DNA from: Candidatus Zhuqueibacterota bacterium | GTDB taxonomy: Bacteria; Zhuqueibacterota; Zhuqueibacteria; Thermofontimicrobiales; Thermofontimicrobiaceae | Length of the DNA stretch: 64,000 bases | Assembly: GCA_049322915.1 (NCBI GenBank) | Contig: JBMOPW010000013.1 | Coordinates: 32,001 to 96,000 of the forward strand | Direction of reading: 5' to 3' | In this document: positions 48,893-59,031 of the stretch, one piece after another | Layout of the letters: each line of letters opens with the position of its first letter | Numbering within the stretch: the first letter of the stretch is position 1 | Program-made: the position numbers and the translations under genes | Notes under the pieces: generated by a model | The model's input: the letters and a program-made list of their open reading frames with translations, nothing else | Database searches by the model: none | Told to the model about the DNA's origin: nothing

Positions 48893-50955
48893 CGTCTCTC
48901 CGCATTGCTTTTGAAATACAAAATGAACACCGCCTGCCCGGCATTCAGCTCGGTCAGTTCCACCAGCCGTCCTTTCCAGGCGGAGTAAAATCGTTTCCAG
49001 ACGCCGCTCTCCTGCAACTCCGCATTTACGGAGAGCAATTCGTACAGCGAGACCTCGCCGGTAACGACGGCTTTGATGAGGCCATAGCCCCATTTTTCCG
49101 CCTCGGCGCGGGCAGCCTGTTCCGCCTGTTCGGCGTCGAGCCGGGCCATGGATTTCACGCGATCGCCGCCGGCGCCGTAGCAGACATCATATTTGAGCGC
49201 GGCCAATTGCACCAGATCAATGATTTTCTGAAGCTGCGCCGGCGAAGCGAATTTATCCACCGCAGCCTTTTCGACCTGGTTTCCCGCGCGATTGTAGAGC
49301 ACGACGATTTCCACGCGACGATTCTTTTGCCTGTTTTCATCCGTCGTGTTGGGCGCAATCGGCTGGGTCTCACCGAATCCCTGAGTCTGTAATTTATCCG
49401 GATCGAAACTGATATACTTCAGCAGATAGTTTTTCACGGCATTGGCCCGCGCCACCGACAACTGCATGTTGTACTCGTTGGTGGCCAAATCATCGGTGTA
49501 ACCGCTGATGATGACGCTGGCGTCCGGGTAATTTTTCAGAAATTCCACGACTCTATTCAACAGGAATTCATTCTCGGGCCGAATGGTAGCGCGGTTCACA
49601 TCGAAAAGAATATCGCCGAGCGTGAATGTCTTTTTCTCGGGAATCACCAGAGGCGCTGGCTGCGCAACTGGGGCTATTTTTTTTGCTGCCGCCACAGTGA
49701 CAATCCCCCGCTCTTGCAAGGACGAACGGTCAGTTCCGCAATAGACGGAAAAAACGTATTCAAACATGCCGGCGCCGACAAATCCGCCGCTGTCACTTAC
49801 ACCGTACCAGGTCAATTCTTCCGGCAGTCCGTTGCTGCCCTTCCATGTTTTCACCGGATTGCGGGCGGAATCCAGTATTTTCAATTCCCAGCGCTTTATC
49901 GATTGGCAATTCTGAGTCTGAATATGAAACCGGCACAAATCATCGACGCCGTCGTTATCCGGCGAAATGGTCGTCGGCTTGACCCTGACATGTAGTTCCG
50001 GGATGGCCTTTTTCACGAAGGAATAGATGAGCGAAATGCGATGGCTGTTGCCCAGAATCCCCATGGGATTGAAAGCATAATCGAGTGAAAAATTCTGAAG
50101 GCGAATGCCGACGCCAGTGGCCAGCCCGGCAGAGCGGCTCAATTCCTGGTTCATTGGGCCAAAGGAATAGCCCCCCCGCAATGCCAGCAATTTGACCGGC
50201 GAAAGCTCCACGCCCACTTTCGCGACAAGCTGATTGTCCGCCGGTTTTTCCAGTTCCGCGGCAACGAGCGCGTACTGCTGAATCTGACAGGATCCGCCGC
50301 AGGAAAAAATGAACGGCAAATTGAACGCTTTTTCGTTGAGCGCCAGTCCCGGCCCCAGATTCCGCACGGCCAGACCCAGACAAAATCCGCGGTAGGCGTA
50401 CAACCCGCCAAAATCGAAGGAGAGCGTCTGTCCATTGTACATATCGATCGATTCGAAAATGGGCTTGATGCTGACGCCAAGACTGAGCCGATCGAAAGCC
50501 CGATAGGCGGAACTGATGGTCGGAGAAAAATCGGATGCGCTGAATGTGCCGCGCTGGACAAATTCTCCGGGAGCGGTGCGTTCTGTTTTGTCCAGGGAGC
50601 CGGCGTTGAAATACGAGAAGGCGAGCGCGAATGTCCACTCCGGGCTGATGTGCGAAGTGAACACAGCCACTTCGTGCGCCATGCTCTGCACGTAGCGGTG
50701 ATGCATAAATCCCAATTCGGTATTCGCAATGAAACCACTGATCGCCGGATTCCAGTGAATGGACAGGGCATTGCCTTTCATCCCGACGCCGGCCCCGGCC
50801 ATTCCCAGCGAACGGGCGTCCACGCCAATTTTGAGATAGTTGGCGCCGGTCGTGCCGGTGTTATCTGTCTGCCCGGAAAGCGGCGGCGCGAGAATTGCCA
50901 GCGCCACCAGCACGGCTCCGCTGTAACCGATCAGGTTGAAAACCAGTTTGTTCAT
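48889..50955 (-). CDS. PorV/UPF0164-like barrel + FlgD-Ig-like domain + OmpA-like domain fusion
   Basis: YLKIGVDARSLGM, WNPA, DYAF...LGNSHRISL; ISPDNDGVDD; ILFDVN, GYTD, YN..LS.ARA.AV, NRRVEI. Confidence 0.8.
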   Translation of the reverse strand: MNKLVFNLIGYSGAVLVALAILAPPLSGQTDNTGTTGANYLKIGVDARSLGMAGAGVGMKGNALSIHWNPAISGFIANTELGFMHHRYVQSMAHEVAVFTSHISPEWTFALAFSYFNAGSLDKTERTAPGEFVQRGTFSASDFSPTISSAYRAFDRLSLGVSIKPIFESIDMYNGQTLSFDFGGLYAYRGFCLGLAVRNLGPGLALNEKAFNLPFIFSCGGSCQIQQYALVAAELEKPADNQLVAKVGVELSPVKLLALRGGYSFGPMNQELSRSAGLATGVGIRLQNFSLDYAFNPMGILGNSHRISLIYSFVKKAIPELHVRVKPTTISPDNDGVDDLCRFHIQTQNCQSIKRWELKILDSARNPVKTWKGSNGLPEELTWYGVSDSGGFVGAGMFEYVFSVYCGTDRSSLQERGIVTVAAAKKIAPVAQPAPLVIPEKKTFTLGDILFDVNRATIRPENEFLLNRVVEFLKNYPDASVIISGYTDDLATNEYNMQLSVARANAVKNYLLKYISFDPDKLQTQGFGETQPIAPNTTDENRQKNRRVEIVVLYNRAGNQVEKAAVDKFASPAQLQKIIDLVQLAALKYDVCYGAGGDRVKSMARLDAEQAEQAARAEAEKWGYGLIKAVVTGEVSLYELLSVNAELQESGVWKRFYSAWKGRLVELTELNAGQAVFILYFKSNAERR

Positions 50956-51009
50956 ATCAGGCACAGTCTTTTAATTCGTTGTGTCCGTGATCCGATGGAT
51001 CAACTCGAT

Positions 51010-54000
51010 TCATCGGACAATCGCTATTTTGCCAAATTCGTCCAGGGAAACGCCGCCCGCCCGGGCCACAAAGCGAAACATGTACACGCCGCTGGCCAGC
51101 TCGTTGCCGGCTTCATTCGTTCCGTCCCAGGCGATTTCCGCAGTGCTGCCCCGGGTGTAGCGTCCCTGCAATTGAATCACGCGCTCCCCGGAGACGGTGA
51201 ATAATTCAATTTCGATGTCCGCATCTTTGGTCAGCGTGTGAATGAAATAAGTCGATTCTGAAAAGGGATTCGGCGCCACGCCGAGCGTCATGATCCGAAA
51301 TTCTGTATTTGAAAAATCCATCTGTCGGATGGACGAAGCCGATTGCTTCCTGTCCGCAGCAAATGAATTGTCAAAATCATTGTCATAGGCAAAAACCTGG
51401 CAGATGAAAATATCGCCTTCCTGCAATGCATCGATGGCGCTGACCGTCCGGTAGCGATTGTCCCGGAGCCACTCCAACTGAATTTCCGCGGCGGACTGGT
51501 CCAATTCTCCGTCGCGATCCCATCGCAGGTACACGCCCTGGCCGTCGGAGCCGGTCGCGTCGTCGAACACGCCGGATGAGTCGAATATGTCGCATTCGAC
51601 GAAGAACGACCTGCCGGTCTGTATTTGTGTCGGTTCAAAATTGGTGAAGATGGGTCCTTCGGAGTCATCATCGCGGAGATAAATCGATTGGGCGAGACTG
51701 ATGCCGAGCTTTCGGTCGGAGAACTCCTGGTTGTCAAAATCATCATCATAGGCGAAAATCTGGTACACGAGACTCTTGTTCAAATCCGGGATGCTCAGCT
51801 TTTGAGCCGTGCGATACCTGTTTTTTCCCGCATGGTGCATTTCAATCTCATTGGCGTCATTGGAAAGTTCGCCATCCGTATCCATGAGCAGATGCACGCC
51901 AAATCCGTCACTGCCGGTCTCGTCATCGTAAATTCCCGAGCTGTCAGAGATGGTGCATTCGATATAAAATTCGCTGGAATCATAGACCTCCAGGGGACTG
52001 AACAGCGCGAATTCCGGCGGTTCCTCATCATCGTCGAGAATCCGAACCACCTGCGCCATGCTGATTCCCAGCGATAAATCGTACGCGCCATTATTGGTAT
52101 CATTGTCACGCGCGAAAACCTGGTAGACAACATCCACGTCCGCCGGCAATGCCGGGATGGAATCCACGGTCTGGTACATATTGCCGGAAACAAATTCAAC
52201 CTGCTTTTCATTGGCAGAGCAGGTCAGTTCGCCGTCGGTGTCCCAGAGCAGATAAATACCGTTCCCATCAGAACCGGTGGCGTCGTCGTACACACCGGAA
52301 GGATCAAATATCTCGCCGGTAATCAGAAACGACTCATCATCGTATCTGAGCAAAGGCTGCCAGTTGGAAAACGTCGGACCCTGGATATCTGTGTCGCCCC
52401 CGGAATAGATCACGATATTCCTCACCTGATTGGCTACCGGCAAACGGTCCGCGGCCACAGCATTATCGAAATCATCGTCATACGCCACGATCTGGAAGAC
52501 GAACTCCGAGCCAGCCGCTAATCCGGGCAGCGTATTTTCAACGACAAACGTATCGCCAGCGGATTGCGTCATCGCTGTCTCGTTCGCGGAAAGAAGCAGC
52601 TCGCCGTCCACGTCCCAGGTGACATAGACGCCAAATCCGGCAGAACCGCTGTCGTCATCAAAAACGCCGGAACCATCGCGGATGACCGATTTGATCAGGA
52701 ATGGCGTGTTGACAGGGACAAAGGTCGGACTGGTTTCGATGATCACCGGCGGCGCAGCATCATCGTCCAGAATGGTCACCGTCGCAGTGGGCGACTGACT
52801 CCCTTTTCTGTCCAGAGGGTCGTTGTCATCGAAATCATTGTCACAGGCAAAAATCTGGAAAACAAAATGGCTCCCCCAAAATTGCGATGGGATCGCTGCG
52901 TCGCTGACGAACAGGTCCCCGGCTGCGCCGGACATTGTTTGCTCCTGAAAATCGATATTCAGCTCACCGTCGATGTCCCAGCGAACATGCACGCCCTGGC
53001 CGGCAAAACCGGTATTGTCGTCAAATACGCCTGAGGCATCAGTAATTTCAGCCTCGATGAAAAAATGGGTCGTATCGTAGACCTGAGCCGGCGCCGTTTT
53101 GATGGCAGAAATCGTCGGGCCGGTCGCATCATCGTCGTCCCCTGTCTGATTGAGCCGCACATACACATGACGGATGGACGAAATGCCCTGCGCCCGATCC
53201 GCTTCATTCAGGTTATCAAAATCATCATCAAATATGGAGACCTGATAGGCAATGGTGGCTCCGCCAGACTGGCCCGGGACAGGGTTCATGCTCCGAAACA
53301 GGTCTTCGGAAAATTTGTTCAATGCAACCTCGGAACTGGTTGCGCTCAGTTCACCATCGCTATCCCAGCGCAAATAGGCGCCCTGGCCATCGGATGTGGT
53401 TTCATCATCATAACAGCCACTCTGGTCGGCCAGACCAACCTCTATGTAAAACGACTGGTTCTCATCCACCGAGTCCGGCGAGAAAAAGATGAATGTCGGG
53501 GCGTCGCTGTCATCATCCAGAACATCGATGCGATACAGTGAACTGACGCCGGCATTCTTTGACACGGTATTGTTGTCTTTGGCATACACCCGAAACACAC
53601 ATTCCGAATCTTCGGACTGCGCCGGAATTGCCGTCACGGTTCGGAATGTATCTCCGGCGACTCGATCCAGCATCAGTTCATTGGCTGAGGTTGTCAGCTC
53701 CCCGTCGTTATCCCAGCGCAGATACACGCCGGATCCATCAGAACCGGTGTCGTCATCGTACACGCCATCGTCATCGGTAATGACTCCCCGAATGAAGAAA
53801 GCAGTCGTATCGTAAACAACGCCAGGCTGGAACGATGAGAACGACGGTCCCTTGTCGTCGTTGGGCGCGGACTGGTTCAGGTACAATTTCAGGACGCCGC
53901 TCTGCTCGCCGACAATCAAATCCTGCCGGCCATCGCCGTTGATATCGTGCACTTTGGGGATTGGGAACCAATCGATATCAAAATTAATTTCCTGAAAAAA

Positions 54001-55605
54001 TTCAGTGTTGACTTCCCAGATGGGATAACTCGCATCTCCGACATTTTCGAACAGATTCAGATAGCCCTCATATTCACCCACAATCAGATCCAGATCGCCG
54101 TCATCATCGATGTCCATGAATGCCGGGGTTGAATTGCTGCCAATGTCGATATTGCCATAAATGCTGGTGTCGGTTTCGATGATGTCAAATTGCGGGGCCT
54201 GTACTGTGCCGCGATTCCAGAAACAGGCCAACCGGCCGTTTTCTTCACCAACCGTCAGGTCCATGTCACCGTCCGCGTCCAGGTCTGCGAACTCCGGGAT
54301 GCTGAAATTCCCAATATCGATGCCGAGGAACAGCAGCGGCCGGTATTCCCAGACCGGCGCGCTCCTGTCGCCGATGTTCACGTAACAATAAATCCGACCG
54401 TCCCAGGCGCCGGCCACAAATTCTTCGTCGCCATCGCCGTCCAGATCGACGAATTCCGGCGCAACGAAACGATCGAAAATATTCTTAATCTCCGGAAACG
54501 CAGTCGTGTTTTCGTTCCACACCGGCGCAGTCGCTGCGCCCTGGTTCAGATAGGTGTAAAGCGGTTTTGTCAGGGACGACTGCTTATGGCCGATCACCAC
54601 ATCCAGCAGCCCGTCATTGTTCACATCATAGATCGCCGGCGCGCTGTTAAAGCCAATGTCCATTCCGGCAAAGGCGGTCACGTCCCGTGTCCACACCGGC
54701 CGGGTCACTGAACCGGTATTTTCAAAATAGAAAATCCCATAATCCCAGTTGCCGATAATCAGGTCGCTGTCGGCGTCGCCATCCAGGTCGACCAGCGTCG
54801 GGTTGGAATTGGCCCCCACATCGATACCGGAAAAAAGCTCGGTATCTTCAATGAATTGGGGCGCATCGGCGCTGCCCTGATTTTCGTAATAGGTCAGCGT
54901 GCCATCCCCGGCGCCGATGAGCAAATCATAATCGGCATCGTTGTCCATATCCGCCAGAGTGGGACTGCTATTGGTGCCGACATCGATGTAAATCGGCGAC
55001 AGGAAAAACGTCACTTCCTCCACCCAGTCCGGATTTTTGGCGTCGCCGATATTCTGGTAGTAATGCAATGTGCCGTCGATATCGCCGATGACCATGTCCA
55101 GATCTGCATCGTCATCCAGATCGACCAGAAACGGGACGGCCATTTCACCCTCGGAAATCTGAATGATGGCGTTCTCTTCCCGCCAGGATGGTTCTTCGGG
55201 CGTGCCGGTATTTCTGAAGAAGTAAATGTCGTTCAACGTGGAACTCCCGCGAACGCCGACGATGAGGTCTAAATCGGCGTCAGCATCCACATCGGCCAGA
55301 ACCGGCGTGGAAAACGGCGGGCCTGAAATAGGCGGGATGATAATGTCGTCCAACAAGAATAACTCCTGTGTCCATTGCGGCGCAATGGACGAACCGGTAT
55401 TCCGGTAAAAAAGCAGCCGACCCTGGTATTCGCCGACAATCATGTCGAAATCGCCGTCATTGTCCAGATCGCCGAAGGCAAACCGATGGTTCGGTACCGA
55501 TTCAACCAGAGATGGATTGAAAAACCCAATCTGCTTTGTGAATTGTCCCTGCGACGGCAAGGCCGTTAGCAGCAGTAAAATGCCTGTGAAATACCATTTA
55601 TTCAT
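51010..55605 (-). CDS. Large secreted FG-GAP/VCBS-repeat protein with seven acidic ~120-aa repeats and FlgD-Ig/T9SS-type C-terminal domain
   Basis: Signal peptide; ten D-x-D/N-x-D-x-x-x-D/E...G repeats; repeat motif DDxxxxxGxGxxxxWDxDGEL; C-terminus APNPF...WDG...LASGVY...KIAIVR. Confidence 0.85.
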   Translation of the reverse strand: MNKWYFTGILLLLTALPSQGQFTKQIGFFNPSLVESVPNHRFAFGDLDNDGDFDMIVGEYQGRLLFYRNTGSSIAPQWTQELFLLDDIIIPPISGPPFSTPVLADVDADADLDLIVGVRGSSTLNDIYFFRNTGTPEEPSWREENAIIQISEGEMAVPFLVDLDDDADLDMVIGDIDGTLHYYQNIGDAKNPDWVEEVTFFLSPIYIDVGTNSSPTLADMDNDADYDLLIGAGDGTLTYYENQGSADAPQFIEDTELFSGIDVGANSNPTLVDLDGDADSDLIIGNWDYGIFYFENTGSVTRPVWTRDVTAFAGMDIGFNSAPAIYDVNNDGLLDVVIGHKQSSLTKPLYTYLNQGAATAPVWNENTTAFPEIKNIFDRFVAPEFVDLDGDGDEEFVAGAWDGRIYCYVNIGDRSAPVWEYRPLLFLGIDIGNFSIPEFADLDADGDMDLTVGEENGRLACFWNRGTVQAPQFDIIETDTSIYGNIDIGSNSTPAFMDIDDDGDLDLIVGEYEGYLNLFENVGDASYPIWEVNTEFFQEINFDIDWFPIPKVHDINGDGRQDLIVGEQSGVLKLYLNQSAPNDDKGPSFSSFQPGVVYDTTAFFIRGVITDDDGVYDDDTGSDGSGVYLRWDNDGELTTSANELMLDRVAGDTFRTVTAIPAQSEDSECVFRVYAKDNNTVSKNAGVSSLYRIDVLDDDSDAPTFIFFSPDSVDENQSFYIEVGLADQSGCYDDETTSDGQGAYLRWDSDGELSATSSEVALNKFSEDLFRSMNPVPGQSGGATIAYQVSIFDDDFDNLNEADRAQGISSIRHVYVRLNQTGDDDDATGPTISAIKTAPAQVYDTTHFFIEAEITDASGVFDDNTGFAGQGVHVRWDIDGELNIDFQEQTMSGAAGDLFVSDAAIPSQFWGSHFVFQIFACDNDFDDNDPLDRKGSQSPTATVTILDDDAAPPVIIETSPTFVPVNTPFLIKSVIRDGSGVFDDDSGSAGFGVYVTWDVDGELLLSANETAMTQSAGDTFVVENTLPGLAAGSEFVFQIVAYDDDFDNAVAADRLPVANQVRNIVIYSGGDTDIQGPTFSNWQPLLRYDDESFLITGEIFDPSGVYDDATGSDGNGIYLLWDTDGELTCSANEKQVEFVSGNMYQTVDSIPALPADVDVVYQVFARDNDTNNGAYDLSLGISMAQVVRILDDDEEPPEFALFSPLEVYDSSEFYIECTISDSSGIYDDETGSDGFGVHLLMDTDGELSNDANEIEMHHAGKNRYRTAQKLSIPDLNKSLVYQIFAYDDDFDNQEFSDRKLGISLAQSIYLRDDDSEGPIFTNFEPTQIQTGRSFFVECDIFDSSGVFDDATGSDGQGVYLRWDRDGELDQSAAEIQLEWLRDNRYRTVSAIDALQEGDIFICQVFAYDNDFDNSFAADRKQSASSIRQMDFSNTEFRIMTLGVAPNPFSESTYFIHTLTKDADIEIELFTVSGERVIQLQGRYTRGSTAEIAWDGTNEAGNELASGVYMFRFVARAGGVSLDEFGKIAIVR

Positions 55606-55713
55606 GTTGCCAGTCCTGATCCGAACATCGTTGCTTCACCTGTAATTTAACTTTCAGTCACTCATTCTGTATGACCCGAAGCTTAACCACGAAAAAATCA
55701 ATCCGTGCAGCGT

Positions 55714-58023
55714 TCAGTCGTCATTCTTGCGCAGCACTCGCTTCTTCAGATTTTTCATCACCACGGAGAACTGCCGCATCACGAGCCGTTTCATCAGCAC
55801 ATGGACAAAACTTCGCGGCTTTTCGATTTCTCCGAAAATGGGATCGAGAAAATCCCAACCCATTTCATTCAGAACCACTCCCACATAGCGGGCGCGCCCA
55901 TTTTTCAGAATTTGCAAATGCCGGTCATCGGCTTCCTGAAATGTATTGCCGGACCTGATGATGAACAGGGAAAGGTCTGCCTCATTCATAATTTCGAATG
56001 CATCGGCAAATTCGTTCATGCCCGGCGTGTCGAACAAAACGACGTCGAACATCGCCTTCATCTCTGCAATGAACTCGCGCAGCCGAACCGGGCTGGCGAT
56101 TTCGAGCAATGAAAGATAGGATTCCCGGGCGCACAGCGCGCTCAGATTATCGATGCCGGTCGCTGTCGCGCTCCCGGCGAGCGTAGCTCTCCCCTGCAGC
56201 ACATCCTGCACCCAATGCGTTGCCGTCACCTCCAGCAGAGCCTCCAGAGACGGATGCTTTAAATTGCCATCCACAAGCAATGTCCGATGATGGGCCAGGG
56301 CGAATAGAATTCCCAGCGTCGCTGTCACCAGGCTCTTGCCCTCCGCAGGTTTGGAACTTGTGATGACGATGACCTTGTTGTTGCCCTCGTGGCCGGCGAT
56401 ATGATTTCTAAGACTGCGCAGGGATTCTTTGAACAATTTCTGTTCGTTGTTTTGCGGTCGGCTCAGCAGGTTGAAATCATTCTCAGGATCGATGTGGATT
56501 TTCGGAATGCCTGCTATCACCGTGCTCTCGGTGAGGCGCTCCGCCTGCTTGATGCTGCGAACGCTCACATCGAAATATTCCAGGATGAAAATCGAAACGA
56601 CGCCAAAAATGAAGCTGCCCATGCCCGCCATGATGACCAGCATCTTCCGTTTCGACGCCATCGGATATTGCGGCGGAAATGCCCGCTCCACAATCTTCAG
56701 ATTGGTGGACGACATGGAATTACTCTCATAGGCCCTCGCCAGATTCAGTTTTTCGAGCATCTCCAGATATTCCTGCTCCGCCACCTGGATGTCCCGATTC
56801 AACTGGGCATAGGTCGCTTCCATCGGCGCGAAATTATTGGAAAAAGTCCTGAGCCGATCTACTTCCCGCTGAATCACATCGCGCCGCGCCTTCGTCATTT
56901 CCAGTTCGATCTGGTCATTGAGCAGACGGGAGGACATCTCCTGCCGCGACACCTGCGGATCGACGTGCTGTCCCAACCATTTCTCGTGGACTAACTTCCT
57001 GATTTTCTCCCGCAGTTGTTCAATCTGCGTTTCCAGATCAACGACGTCTTCCGCGCCCTGCTCGTAGCGCCGGATTAAAAACTCTTTCTCCAACGTCTTC
57101 AGTTGCTCTGTCAGGGAGACGATTTCCGCATTGGTCACCATCAACTCTGAGGACGCTGATGGCGTACTGACATCGGATAGCTTGCTCTCAATCTTCCAGA
57201 TCGACGCCTTGAGCGTCTCAATGGTCTGTTCGTTTTCATCCAGCAGATTTTCGTACTTGCTCAACTGGCTCACCACGCCCTTGATCTGCTCGGACAGCAT
57301 GACGATATTGTTCTGCTCTTTGAACGTCTTCAGTTCCTGTTCTTTGTTATGCAAATGCTGCGCAGCTTTATTCACCTGATTTTCGAAGAACTCCCGGGAA
57401 CGACCGCTTTCCCCGGCCACCAGCATTCGATATTTTTCAATGAACACAGCCGTCAATGTATTGAGCGCAAAAACAATGTACTCGGGATTCTGGTCATCCA
57501 GCATGATGCGAAGAAAGTCGCTATCGCCGATCTGATAAATCTTGAAGCTCCGCGCCAGCGACAAAAAATCATAGCCGCGATCTTTAGCCAGCTTTTTAAC
57601 GAGATAATTTTCCTCGCGGCTGAGGCTGACAATTGAGGTATCGCTCAACATTTTATCGATCAAAATCACCGCGGTATTGATGTCGTGAAATGAAAAGTTC
57701 GGATTATCCAACGTGCTGATTCGAAACGGCCTGTCCGACACCAGATCGTGGCGCAATAACCGAAATCCCAATTCTTCATACACCGAGCGCGACCGCGCCA
57801 ATTCCAGCATGTTCATCGTCTGTTTCATTCGCTCGAACGCTTTGGTCGATGCATCGAGGGTCACGCTGCCACCGGTCAATCCCATGGAAATCATCACATA
57901 GGACGAGTAGGTTTTCGGTTGATTCCTCGTTGCGTAAATTGTGAGCGGCACTGCCACCAATGGCAATATCGCCAGAATCAAAATCCGCTTGCGGAGGATG
58001 CGTATAAAATTCAGAAAGTCCAT
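55714..58023 (-). CDS. wzc: Wzc/GumC-like polysaccharide co-polymerase with ATPase-like domain
   Basis: N-terminal TM, long coiled coil, second TM, TSSKPAEGKS Walker A, VLFDTP Walker B, GVVLN. Confidence 0.85.
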   Translation of the reverse strand: MDFLNFIRILRKRILILAILPLVAVPLTIYATRNQPKTYSSYVMISMGLTGGSVTLDASTKAFERMKQTMNMLELARSRSVYEELGFRLLRHDLVSDRPFRISTLDNPNFSFHDINTAVILIDKMLSDTSIVSLSREENYLVKKLAKDRGYDFLSLARSFKIYQIGDSDFLRIMLDDQNPEYIVFALNTLTAVFIEKYRMLVAGESGRSREFFENQVNKAAQHLHNKEQELKTFKEQNNIVMLSEQIKGVVSQLSKYENLLDENEQTIETLKASIWKIESKLSDVSTPSASSELMVTNAEIVSLTEQLKTLEKEFLIRRYEQGAEDVVDLETQIEQLREKIRKLVHEKWLGQHVDPQVSRQEMSSRLLNDQIELEMTKARRDVIQREVDRLRTFSNNFAPMEATYAQLNRDIQVAEQEYLEMLEKLNLARAYESNSMSSTNLKIVERAFPPQYPMASKRKMLVIMAGMGSFIFGVVSIFILEYFDVSVRSIKQAERLTESTVIAGIPKIHIDPENDFNLLSRPQNNEQKLFKESLRSLRNHIAGHEGNNKVIVITSSKPAEGKSLVTATLGILFALAHHRTLLVDGNLKHPSLEALLEVTATHWVQDVLQGRATLAGSATATGIDNLSALCARESYLSLLEIASPVRLREFIAEMKAMFDVVLFDTPGMNEFADAFEIMNEADLSLFIIRSGNTFQEADDRHLQILKNGRARYVGVVLNEMGWDFLDPIFGEIEKPRSFVHVLMKRLVMRQFSVVMKNLKKRVLRKNDD

Positions 58024-58187
58024 TTAACCTGAATTATCCATGAATTCTCTCATAACCCAACTCAACATCCTTTTTTTATAAGGTGTGAATATATATGTAA
58101 AATCAAACTCAGTTTTATATGCGAATTTTAAATTTATGCACCATTCAGGTTATCCCGCTTCCTTAAAAATACGATGAATAAGGCGGG

Positions 58188-58859
58188 TTAATTGTCTACC
58201 AATTTCATCAAGGACGCTTTGGCGGCATGCACGTTCAGCTCGGCGCGGAGCAAATCCTCCAGCGCTTTTGATTTTTCATCAACCGCTTTTGTATAATCTT
58301 CCAGGGCCATTTCACCATTTTTGAACTTTTCCACGGCAACGCTGAATTTGTCCTGCGCGGCCTGGAAATACTCCAACTGGACATGGTGCGACTCAATGGC
58401 CTTTTTGAATTCGACAAAGAGTCGCAGCAATTCGTATTTGAGATTCGTCCGGGAACTCAGATACGCCTGTTCCGATTTGCGCAGTTCGATTTTCGCCTGG
58501 CGAATTTTACTGGGAGTCGTGAAAATGGATTCAAAATCCAATTGAATATTGAACCCGAATTCCGGCACAATGCCAATGGCATTCTGCGTTGCATCCGTGG
58601 CCTGATTGAATTGGAAGCCAAGTTTTAAATTTCTGAGAAACGACACTTTGCTCTGAAAAAGATGCTCTTCGCTGAAGGCGATCTCTTCCTTTTTGGTCAA
58701 CAGCATCGGATTTTTCGCCGCCACTTTTGTCCACAGCGAATCGAAGCCTGTGGTATCGATGCGGGCCATGTATTGGCTGGCGCCCTTTTCCGGCGTTGCC
58801 ATAACTACGGCAACCAGCAAGACCAGCCAGACACTACGTTGAAGGTTGAATTTCATCAT
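58188..58859 (-). CDS. Short TolC/outer-membrane efflux family protein (single repeat)
   Basis: Signal peptide, NP.L, beta hairpin, helical region with FKNGE; about 220 aa. Confidence 0.7.
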   Translation of the reverse strand: MMKFNLQRSVWLVLLVAVVMATPEKGASQYMARIDTTGFDSLWTKVAAKNPMLLTKKEEIAFSEEHLFQSKVSFLRNLKLGFQFNQATDATQNAIGIVPEFGFNIQLDFESIFTTPSKIRQAKIELRKSEQAYLSSRTNLKYELLRLFVEFKKAIESHHVQLEYFQAAQDKFSVAVEKFKNGEMALEDYTKAVDEKSKALEDLLRAELNVHAAKASLMKLVDN

Positions 58860-59031
58860 GTTTTTCGTATCATATCGGCCATTGTCGTTGGGGTAAAAAA
58901 TCAGCGCGCAACGCCGTCCGTTACCACCAGGCAACGATGACAGCATTGCGCTTCGATACAGATTCAGAGCGTGGCCGGAGGTTGATGCGCATCCGCCATC
59001 GCTATGCTATGTCTTGCGCCTGACGCGGCGC

